Shown one piece after another: positions 52,689 through 64,000 of a stretch of DNA of 64,000 nucleotides. Position numbers and translations under genes: made by a program. A model generated the notes under the pieces. That model searched no databases. It saw only the letters and a program-made list of their open reading frames with translations, and was not told the DNA's origin. This stretch comes from Octopus vulgaris. Taxonomy: Eukaryota. Where the stretch lies: the NCBI GenBank assembly GCA_951406725.2, contig OX597816.1, forward strand, positions 73,842,001-73,906,000, written 5' to 3'. Position 1 is the stretch's first letter, and each line of letters opens with the position of its first letter.

Positions 52689-52747
<59 letters not shown>

Positions 52748-55386
52748 GTGTGTGTGTGTGCGTGCATATGCATGTGTGTATATATAGCCTTCTTTTCTGC
52801 ATGGCAGTACAAACTAAGGCACCAGTCATTGACTGAATGGGGGGGGGGGAGAAGAAAAAAATGGTGGCAGCATAATATTTCAATGTCACAATGGCAGTTA
52901 TTGAAACTGATTCAGTTAGTTCTTCCTGTCTAACTTCAAAAACTCTCCTGTATTTGATCCAATCGGTAACGTATAACCGACACAGATAAAAGTCAATTAG
53001 TGCTGAAAGACGAGTAATGATGCAAGATCGATTGACGAGGCTTGTTTTAGTAAAATGCATTCCACATGCTTCCTCTCTCCCCACCCACCCCCCGATATTC
53101 TGTGACACAAACAGCAACAACTTTCACATGTACCACAGTCGTCTCAGTTGAGTTCCTTCTTCTTTTTCTTCCTTTTCGTTTTTAACCTTCTTCTCTTCTT
53201 CCTTTTGTTACTCTTCTATTTCTTCTTTTTTCTTCCTCTTCTTCTCTCTCTTGTTATTGTTGTTCTTCCTTTCAATCCTCCTCCTCCTCTTCCTCCTCCT
53301 CCTACTCCCTCCTGTGTTTGCTGCTGCAGCACATGTTGAGTAGACTGAGATCGGTTGTTGTCAATCTGATCTCAGTAAGACTATGCTACCTGCTTTAGGT
53401 GGTGGGGGGGGTGACTTGAGGAAGATTTAGCTACTATTTCTTGCAGAGAAATAGAATTCATATTGGCATAACCATAGTACAACCCCAAAAACTGACTCAC
53501 TAGCCATTATCATTAAATGGTAACTGGCATAATGAAACAGGAGCTTTATTTGCATACACCTAACGTTGCCATAAACGAAATTAAGAGATTTGGTAGATGG
53601 AAACTGAAAGAAGCCTGTTGTATATTCTTTTATTTGTTTCAGTCATTTGACTGTGGCCATGCTGGAGCATTGACTTTAGTTGAACAAATCAAACCCAGGA
53701 CTTATTCTTTGCGCCTTCATATCATCAGCAGCAGCAACAGCAGCAACATCATTGTTGTCATCATCATCATCATCATTTAATGTCCATTTCCCATGTTCTT
53801 TTGCCGAACTGCTAAGTTATTGGAGGGGAGGACGTAAACGCACCAACATTGGTTGTCAAGTGATGGTAGGGGGACAAACAGACACACAAACATACACCAC
53901 CCCTCACACACACACATATGAAAGCCTTCTTTCAGTTTCCATCTACCAAGTCTACTTACAAGGCTTTGGTCGTCCTGAGGCTAGTAGAAGACACTTGCCC
54001 AAGGTGCTACACAGTGGGACTGAACCAGGAACCATGCAGTTGGGAAGCAAGCTACTTTTCTGTGTCTGTGTTTGTCCCATCCACCACCGCTTGACATCTG
54101 AAGTTGGTGTGTTTACCTCCCTGTAACCTAGCAGTTTGACAAAAGTGACTGATAGAATAAGTACTAGGCTTACAAAGAATAAGTTTTGGGGGTCAATTTG
54201 TTCGACTACAGGTAGTGCTCCAGCATGGCTACAGTCAAATGACTGAAACAAATAAAAGAATATATATATTTACTGTGCTAGTGTCATGTAAAAAGCACTA
54301 GTGCCGGTGCCACATGAGAAGCACTGAGTCCACTTTGTAAAGTTGTTGGCATTAGGAAGGGCATCCAGCCATGGAAATCGTGCCAAAGGAAACAAATGGA
54401 ACTTGGTGTAGCCCTCTTTCTTGCTGGCTCCTGTCAAACCGTCCAACTCATGACAGCATGGGAAATGGACATTTGATGATGATGATGATGTTAGTGCTGC
54501 TGCTGCTGTTGCTGTAGAGCAAATGGTCTTCATCCCAGAGCTCGCAAGATGGGAGAAGTCCGAAACGTAGTCCTTTGCTATTCGTAAGACCCGCAGAAGA
54601 GAAAGCAGGTCAACCCTCGACACCGAGAGCATCAACGGATGGATGAATGCGCACCCAGGCTCAGCGGTTGCATAGGAAGTCGGGGACAAGAAACAGGAAG
54701 AAAGAGTGAGGGAAAGTTGGAGCGAAAGAGTACAACAGGGCTTGCCACCACCCCCTGCCGGAGCCTTGTGGAGCTTTAAGTGTTTTTGCTCAATAAACAC
54801 ACACAACGCCCAGTCTGGGAATCGAAACTGTGACCCTCCGACCGCGAGTCCACTGCCCTAACCACTGGGCCATTGCACCTCCACTTGCTGCTGCTGCTCA
54901 TGATGATGATGTTGCTGCTGCTGATGATGATGAAGACAATGATGATGATGATGACAATGATGATGCTGGTGCTGCTGATGATGATATGAAGGTGCAAAGT
55001 TCAGTGGTTAGAGCATTGGGCTCACAATCACGAGGTAGTGAGTTCAATTCTCAGACCAGGCTCTGTGTTGCATCCTTGAGCAAGACACTTTGTTTTATAT
55101 TGTTCTAGTTCACTCAGCTGTAGAAATGAGTTGTGACATCACTGGTGCCAAGCTGTATCAACCCTTTTGCCTTTCCCTTGGATAACATCAGTGGCATGGA
55201 GAGGGGAGGCTGGTATGCATGGGCGACTGTTAGCCTTCCACAAACCTTGCCTAGACTTGTGCCTTAGAGGGGAATTCTCTAGGGGCAATCGCATGGTCAT
55301 TCATGACTGAAGGGGGTCTTTACCCTTTTACCCATTACATACACACACACACACAAAGATGGATGGATGGATAGAAAGATAGATAA

Positions 55387-55483
<97 letters not shown>

Positions 55484-55512
55484 TAGATAGATAGACAGAC
55501 AGACAGAGAGAC

Positions 55513-55591
<79 letters not shown>

Positions 55592-58500
55592 CAGGCAGAC
55601 AGACAGGCATGTATGCAGGCAGGCAGGCAGGCAGACAGACAGACAGAGATAAATATTTCATACGTAAATGTTTTAGAAAAGGAGAGAAACACTTTCCAGC
55701 AAATTTGTAAATAAAAAAAGAAATGAGATAAAAATAGACCAAAACTTCAGCAGAAATAGAAGAAGGAACAAAGATATAAAGAGATTAAAGGAGAGAGAGT
55801 TGGTGGTGGTGGTGGTGGTGGAGGGGAGATAGTTCAAACAACATGACTTGAATATTGAGACAGTGATATGAGAGCTTAATAATATTCACATATGCTTTCT
55901 ATTGCTGTTATAACAAAACAAAGGAATATGTGCAATATTGGAACAGTGGAATGGTGTGGTTATTGTAGAATAGTGGTAGTAGGCTCCTTGTTAGTAGGGT
56001 TATTGTTGGTTTTGTTTAGCTCTGGGTCAATTCCGATCTGGCAGATTTATGATCAAAGGCCTCCAGCTAGCTGGGCTCCTGTTGCTGTTGCTATTTAACC
56101 CCAGGTCAAACCTGACCCAACAACCCATGATCAAATACATACCACTCATGACCATCCTGTCCTTTCCTCCAAACAGTGAACACAGGGAACACAGGACTCT
56201 ACTTTTTGAGACAAGATGGTGGGGCATGATATGAGAAAGATTTAGCTACTGTTTCTAGCAGATCAAGTAACAATGGTACAGTTTGCAATACATACATGCT
56301 AGGTTAGCAGGATGATTAGCGCATTGGGCAAAATGCCTTGTGGCTTATTTACGGTTTATTTATTTACTTATCTATTTACGGTCCTGTACATTCTGAGTTC
56401 AAATCCAGCCAAGGTCAACTTTGCCTTTTATCCTTCTGAGGTCAATAAAATAAAGTACCAAACAAATGCTGGGGTTCATATTCCTTTGATACATTCTGGG
56501 TTATTTTATGAATGGAAATAAAGTAGAAGACACAAAGATTCTTGAACAAGGGTTTTTAACTTGTTTTATAACCTGTCCATCTTTGACTTGGACCTTGTTT
56601 AGGGTGTTCTCTTCACTGAAGATCCAGCTGGGTTGATGGCTCCTGCTGGCTGAAGTCATGGCAGAAGAGGGGGTATCTCATGAAGATGGGAAATGAGAGG
56701 GACTCTACTCACCAGGGAGGACCCAGGAATATACCAACAGATGGTGAATGCAGTAGTGCACTGCAATGGTGCATACCCTGACATCTGACCTGACCTTACA
56801 GCCTGCATCCCTCCTCCTTTTCTTTTTCCCTCTCCGGAAGGACAGCCCTATCATTGATTATAATACAACCACATGACCTGACTTTACAACTTGCATCCCT
56901 CCTCTTTCTCTTTCTCTGGAAGGATAGACCTATCACTGATTATAATGCAACCACATTTCTAAGAAGCCCAAACCAAAGCCACTATTTTTTGCCAGACTTT
57001 GGCAAAAATGTACCATGTATCAATTGGCAACAAAGAACAAGCACTGATCAAGCCACCCTAAGAGACAAGTCTACAGAATGCAATCTTCAACATTAAAGAA
57101 ATCATGAAGATCATGCAAGATGTTGAAGCTAATAAGGTTACTGGTTCTGATCAAGTTCCCACCACAGTTCTGGAGGAATTTTGCATGGAAGTATGGAACT
57201 AGCTGACTTCCTGTGTTATCTATTTCCTCCATGTTTCACTTGTTTTCTAAACCAGTGACAGACCATCTCTGATTGTAAGAAGGACTTTGGATCTTGTCCA
57301 GCAAAATACCTACCAATTTCATGACTCAACATCATCAGTTATAGAACCACTAATCCACCATAATCCACCTGTTAAGCCATCAACTTATCCCTAACAGTCA
57401 ACTTGATTTTTAGGCAACCATGAGCACATCACTGATAAAAGGAACATTAAGGAGGGAAAAGACTTTATGTGGTCATAGAACCTAGTAAAAATAACAGCTT
57501 AATCTCCTGCAAACCATAATCATCATTTGAAGTTTGTTTTCCATGCAGGCATGGGTTGGACGGTTCGGCAGAAGTTAGCAAGCCTGAGAGCTGCACCATG
57601 CTCCAGTTGTCATGGTTTATACTGCTGGATGCCCTTCCTAATGCCAACCACTTTACAGAGTGTATTGAGTGCTTTATTATACGGCCCCATCATGAGTGCT
57701 TTATACATAGCACAGTATGTCCTACTATATCAAAATGGATGATCACATTGGGTAATGTAGTGTCTGATACAGTATAGCTGAAAATAAAGGGTTGATCATT
57801 GCTGAAATTACCCCAAAGCAGGAAGAATTATTTAGATGGTTTCCATGATGTTTCTGTTGACAAAATTTCATTGATATGGGTGTGGTTGACATAAAATCAT
57901 GATAGAAGATACTTGCCAAAGGCACCACGAAATAGGATGGAACCTGAACCCTCATGGTTGAGAAGCTAATTTATTAACTACATAGTCAGGCCTGCATCGA
58001 TAACCAGTTGGAAATTCAATATCTCAAAGGTCATTGATATTCTCACCCCAATAATTTTATTTTTTTATCAATATTTATTGATATTTTCCCAAACTTACAG
58101 TTCAATAATTCATCAATAAAGATCTGTTCATATCAGAAATATGGATACTGATGCAAATAAAGAATGCAGAGAATGGAGGAAATTGGAAATCTATGGATGT
58201 AGGTGTGACTATGTGGTTGAGAAGCTTGCTTCCCAATCATGTAGTCTTGGGTTCAATCCCACTGTGTGCCTAGCCAATTTGGTAGGCAGAAACTGAATGA
58301 AGCCTCTATATATGTGTGTGTGTGCGCGTGTGTGTGCATGTGCGTGTGTGTGCATGCGCGTGTGTGTGTGTGCATGTGTGTGCATGCGCGCGTGTGTGTG
58401 TGTGTGTGTGTCTCTGTGTGTTTGTCTTGAGATCGTGTGATAGATGAAATAAGAGTCACTTAGCAACCACATGGTTCTGGGTTCAGTCCCACTATATGGC

Positions 58501-61005
58501 ACCTTGAGCAAGTGTCTTCTACTATAGCCTCGGGTCGACCAAAGCCTTGTGAGTGGATTTGGTAGACAGAAACTGAAAGAAGCCCATCGTATATATATAT
58601 GTGTGCATGTGTGTGTGTGTGTGTGTGTTAATGTGCGTAAACACACCGATGCTGGTGTGTTTACGCCCCCATAACTTAGCAATTCGGCAAAAGAGACCGA
58701 TAGAATAAGTACTAGGCTAACAAACAATAAGTCCTGGGGTCGATTTGTTCGACTAAAGGCAGTGCTCCATCATGGCCACAGTCAAACGACTGAAATAAGT
58801 AAAAGAGTAAGAGTATGTCAAGCCATGGGAAAATATCACCTTTGCTTGGAAACAGGTGAGGGTTGGTGACAGGAAGGGCATCTGGTCATAAAAAGTCTGC
58901 CTCAGCAAATTCCATCTGATCCATGCATGCCAGTATGGAAAATTGGACATTAAACGGTGGTGGTGATGATGATAAGGACACAGTTTTAATTTCCATTACT
59001 AATTTTGCTATATGGAAAATTCTCAGATCTCAGTTTTTTATTCAATTTTGTCCATATATACATCTCGTTTATGGAATAGAAGCAACACGAAATTCTATTT
59101 TATTCCCTTATGAACATAGAGCTGTTATGATTCCAATATTTTACAACAAAATTGTACTTCCATGTTTTATCAAAGAAATTGTGGAATTCTATGACCAAAT
59201 TGATAATTCACTCAGTCTCTCTGTCAGTGATTTTTGATTCTGATCTGAGGTGTTTGGCAAACACACTGAAAACGAAAGTATATGAAACTAATAAAAGATC
59301 TATTTTCTTCATTGAATACTTTCTTCTTTGATATTTGCAGAAATGATTTATAAAGGGTATCTCTCACTGAAATGGTTTAGAACCATATCAAAATAAAGCA
59401 ATAGAGTTGCTGAGCTTAAATCAAATCAATGCCTGTACAGCCATTCCTCTAAGTGGGGACTTTCAGACAGATTTGCATTCATTAATGCATAATTTTGTTT
59501 TTTTATTTATATATATATATATATTGGGTCATCCCATAAATAATGCAGCTTTTCTGATTGCACGAACTAAAAGTCAGAGAGAGACAGGATAAACTACCTG
59601 CATCAACTTGCTATAAAAACAGGGAGTAATTTTATTTTGTCTTTATTCTTAGTGCAAGTTTTGAAGAATGCAGTTCGATTTTAACAGTTATTTTTAACAT
59701 TTCTTCTCTTCCTCACATGTTCTCCTTCATACATTATGCCTACCTCTCACTCCCCAATCCTGTCCTCATGGCCCTGTTCCTCTGTATCATTGCTATCTTG
59801 TAGCTCCCCCACAACAACTCTATAAATACCCAGGTTTTCACCACTCGCCCCCACCCTGCACTCTTTAATGACACTTCCTTCGCAATATCCTGCCGCTTAT
59901 ATTATGGCATTTCGAACCTCAAGGGTATGCTCTGGCACTTGCCACCATCTATATCTCTTTCTTCCTTTACTCAACCATCCCTTTTATATTCTGATCCCTG
60001 TACCCTGAGAGTATGCCTGACACTTTGCCACCATCTCTATACTGCTGTCCCCCACTCTCTCTCTCTCCTTCTCCTGCACTTCCTTCAGGTTGGGTAACCA
60101 TGTATATCCTTTGTGGCAGCACACCTCTTTCTGTCTTCATTCCTGATCTCTCTCTCTCTCTCTCTGGCCGGGTAACCGTGTAGCTCCTCTACAGCAAGAC
60201 ACCTGTTTCTGTCTCTTTGTCACACTCTAACCTTTCATCATCTGACACAAGGTCGCCTCCTCCCCACTCAAAAGACTTTTGCCTTGCAAATACTTGGTGA
60301 CCCCGTCAGCGCAGATGCCACTTAAAAGCACCCAGTCCACACTGTAAAGTGGTTGGCATTTGGAAGGGCATCTAGCTGTAAAAACCTTGCCAAGACTGAC
60401 CTTGCCTGTGCTTGGGCCACGTAAAAAGCACCCAATCCACTCTGTTGGGTGGTTGATGTTAGGAAGGGCACCCAGCTATAAAAATCCTACCAAAACAGTC
60501 ACAGAAACCTGGTTCAGGCTTTTGCCTGGCTGGCTCCTGTCAAACCATCCCACCCATGCCAGCATGGAAGGCAGACATTAAACAATGATGATGATGATAA
60601 TGAGTGGATTTGAGCAACGTGAAATAAAGTGTTTTGTTCAAGGACACAAACCACTGCCAACAATTGAACTCACAACCTTACAGTTGCGAACCTAATACCT
60701 TACCACTAAGCCACAGGCTGTTACTGAAGCGTGCCATTATCCACATTGCAGCAATTCCAAAACTAACTCTTACAGTATTGAGACATTGTGGAATTACTTA
60801 AAATTGTAGTAATAACACAGCTAAGTCCTACGGTATTTTCTAGAAGCTGTGAATTTGCTATTTATTGTCATCTAAAACCGTTTCATTGTTTCCTGTTGAT
60901 CATTGACATTTCTGTTTGGTTAATGAAGTGGACAGAGGGGAAGAGGAAGAGGAGGAAATCACTGACATTTTTGTCTCGATGACCACAATATATATGTGTA
61001 TATAA

Positions 61006-61037
<32 letters not shown>

Positions 61038-61041
<4 letters not shown>

Positions 61042-61408
61042 GGCAAATATACGTCACGATGTGTTGCCGCTACTGTTTATAACTCGCTCTGAGATTTATC
61101 ATTGTTTGATTTCACTTTTTCAATATCAGTGTCAATCGATACTGGAAAAAGTATATGTATTTGTGAGGGGAACTGACTTCTCATCGACAACTATGATTGT
61201 CACACGCCAATGATAGGTCAATACCTTGAAACTCGAGTCCGTGTGTATCGTAAGTTGAAGACGGGAAGGATGACTTCCCTTCACAAATACTGATAGGGCA
61301 CAGAAAGTGTGTCTATAGCCAGCTGGAGGAGGTGTCTTCCTGGGGCTACAAACTACAGTAGCATCCACCCTTAGGGGTTGGCCATATTCAAATGGCAAAT
61401 ATACGTCA

Positions 61409-61412
<4 letters not shown>
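61038..61412 (+). mobile_element. Retrozyme-like 352-bp monomer with 23-bp terminal direct repeat, inside (TA)n
   Basis: aaatggcaaatatacgtcacgat at 61038-61060 and 61390-61412; central HHR; collinear with the 355-bp unit. Confidence 0.85.
61201..61245 (+). ncRNA. Type I HHR with mutated core (CCAAUGA)
   Basis: CACACG-CCAAUGA-uAGG ucaaua CCUu-GAAA-CUCGAG-UC/CGUGUG. Confidence 0.8.
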
Positions 61413-61447
<35 letters not shown>

Positions 61448-61593
61448 TGAGCATGTGTGTACATCTATATATATGTGTACATCTAGATATATATATGCGT
61501 ATACCTACCTATCTACACATAAATACATATATTTGTGTGTGTGTGTGTGTGTACACACATATTTAATGTAGTCGTTGGTTATGGCTGATCAGA

Positions 61594-61654
61594 AAGTTAC
61601 CATTGGTTTCATGTCTATTATTGCTCTTAGCAATATGGGTAACTCAACAGACCT
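61594..61654 (-). ncRNA. Degenerate HHR-like motif (CUGUUGA core) in a short microsatellite-flanked insert
   Basis: AGGU-CUGUUGA-..UAUUGC/GCAAUA..-GAAA-CCAAUGG-UA/ACUU. Confidence 0.5.
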
Positions 61655-61917
61655 GCTAGCTGGAGGCACATAACCTCTTTACTAATGGAGGTAAGAATAC
61701 AATCTTTGTGTGTGTGTATATATATATATAACATTACCACCATCATCATCATCATCATCATCATTTAACATCCCTGTTCCATGCTAGCATGGGTGGGATG
61801 GTACCACAAAATCTGGCCAGGTCGAAGCCTGCACCAGACTTCTCTGACTGTTTTGACAGAATTTTTACAGCTGGATGCCCTTCCTAACACTGACCACTCA
61901 GCAGAGTGGACTAAGTG

Positions 61918-61980
<63 letters not shown>

Positions 61981-63437
61981 TGTATGTATGTATGTATGTA
62001 TGTTGGACAACATATTTATATATATGAGGTAAAGGAGTTTTCACCATGAAATATAAAAATACAATTTTGTTTTGTTTTCATTTCCTTTTGTGATTTACTT
62101 TTTACCTTCTCGCATCATTCCAACCTTACACAACAAGCTCTCTTATATATATATATATATATATTTATACACACATACATAGATATATAAGTTTATGTAT
62201 ACATACATGTGTGAGTGTGTGTGTGTGTGTGTGTGCATGGGTGTGCCACATAAAATGCAGCTGTGCTGGCACGACATAAAACACTCTTGCGCTGGTGCCT
62301 CATGAAAGCATCCAGTACAGTCTGTAAAGTAGTTGGCATTAGGAAGGGCATCCAAGCTGTTGAAACCATACCAAGTAGACAATGGAACCTGATACAGCCC
62401 TCTGGCTTACCAGCTCCTCTCAAACCATCCTATCCATGATGGAAAACGGATGTTAGACGATGATGATGATGATGATGATGATGATCTATGTATGTATGTA
62501 TGTATGTATGTATGTATGTTCCAGTGTCAAAAGTTTACATGCCATGATAAGAATTCACTAGAATTATAAAGAATACTGGCATCACTAGTGCCATTTATTG
62601 ATTTTACTCTGGATGAGATGAACCCTGGTTGTGTTGCCTCCCCACCTGAATACATAAACCACTTTCTCTTGGTTGCATGTGTCACTCAAAGTTCTTTATA
62701 TTCATTCCTGCAGCTGTTTTCACAATCAATATCCCAGGAATTTATTTTTCACAGAAGCATTAACTCAAAGAAAGAAAACAAATAAAGAAGTAAAATAACT
62801 AAACAAAACTAAACATGCTTTAAAGTATATTGAGCTGTTATTTATTTAATCCAGGTGAGTGGATGTTAAAACAAACATTCTCTTCAGACTGACGCCAATA
62901 TTTGGTATCTCACTTCCATAAAGTTTTAAAACATGAAATCCATTAGTAAAATTGTTGGAAATCAAAGAATCATAAAATGGATTGATTCTTTTTTAAAGGA
63001 GATCAATAATGAAAATATTCGTTTTTAACAGTTTTGGTTCTCAGGTGAGAGACTTAATTCATCACATGCTTTCAAGTCCCACCCTGCCTACCCCATGGTA
63101 CCTTTACCAGAGTCTTCTCCATTGTTACTTTCAGGTTGGGTCGCAACTCTGAGTACAACTTCTTATGCACAAAACATGCATTGGTACCAAAGATTGACTA
63201 ACAGAGGAAAAGGAATTCATATGCAAGCATGGCTGTGTGGTAAGAAGCTTGCTTCCCAACCACATGGTTCTGGGCTCAATCTTACTGTGTGGTATCTTGG
63301 ACAAGTAGCACCTACTATAGCCTCGGACCAAACAAAGCCTTGTAAGTGGATTTAGTAGACAGAAACTGGAAGAAGCCCATCATATATGTGTGTATGTGTG
63401 TGTGCGCGTGTGACTTTATGTCTATGTTTATCCCCTA

Positions 63438-63806
63438 CTAGCAGTATCGCCCGGCGTTGCTCGGGTTTGTAAGGGAAATAACTATAAAGTATTTTTAGAG
63501 AGTTATAGCCAAAAAATGGAAAAGAAATGATGGTAAATTTTTTTAGTTAAAAAGGTCGAGTTGCGTCCCCTAGACAATCTGTGGTTTGTGTTTCTGATTC
63601 TCGACCCCATGTCGAATTTATCGATTTTTTTCAGAACTGGGGGAACTTTTCAAACTTTTCGCTGCGTTAGTTTTGAATTATGACATTGGGCTATGTGTGT
63701 GTCAAGTTTCATCAGAATCGGTTGAAAGCCGTGGTCAGGGTGAGGGTACAACCTAACAGACACACAGAAACACACACAGACAAACTGCCGTTTATATATA
63801 GAGAGA
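63438..63806 (-). mobile_element. Non-autonomous Helitron nested in a SINE
   Basis: Same 3' ~50 bp as 24285-24335 (hairpin + CTAG), a TC 5' end, and a different internal sequence. Confidence 0.85.
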
Positions 63807-64000
63807 TAATCGCTTCACAACCAGTGTTGATGTGTTTACATCCCCGTAACTTAGCACTTAAGCAAAAGATATCAATAGAATAAATAACAGGCTTAAAACA
63901 ATTAAAATAATTAGCCTTGCGGTTGATTTGTTTGACTAAAACCCTTCAAGGTGGTGCCCCAGTATGACCACAGTCAAATGACTAACACAAGTAAAAGATT

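Noticed and set aside
54810-54885. tRNA genes at SINE heads (also 8265-8335, 17049-17120, 24728-24800)
   Set aside because: Each continues into a shared SINE body and lacks a complete cloverleaf and terminator.

Overview
Repeat-dominated, microsatellite-rich animal genomic DNA. The SINE, RTE, Helitron and mariner content looks like an octopus/cephalopod genome, which is an inference. One host gene is recoverable by hand: the 5' coding exons of N-acetylneuraminate lyase (NPL) on the minus strand, spread over about 35 kb (36536-36522 tentative, 21251-21187, 4558-4488, 1459-1372). Almost all ORFs in the supplied track are microsatellite or SINE artefacts. The main hidden signal is a set of hammerhead-ribozyme (HHR) elements inserted at (TA)n tracts. 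(i) A retrozyme-like family of ~350-nt structured units occurs as a young 355-bp tandem-plus-inverted array (10851-12246) and as a divergent 352-bp monomer with 23-bp terminal redundancy (61038-61412). The two share helices with compensatory changes. (ii) At least five unrelated fold-back inserts each carry a minimal type I HHR near the apex, and their cores show C3:G8, U3:A8 and G3:C8 covariation. (iii) A 5'-truncated Neptune-type Penelope-like element (RT + GIY-YIG, 42454-44882) has its own HHR-like motif and is a plausible type of mobilising partner. All alignments and folds were done by eye; no computation or database search was run.
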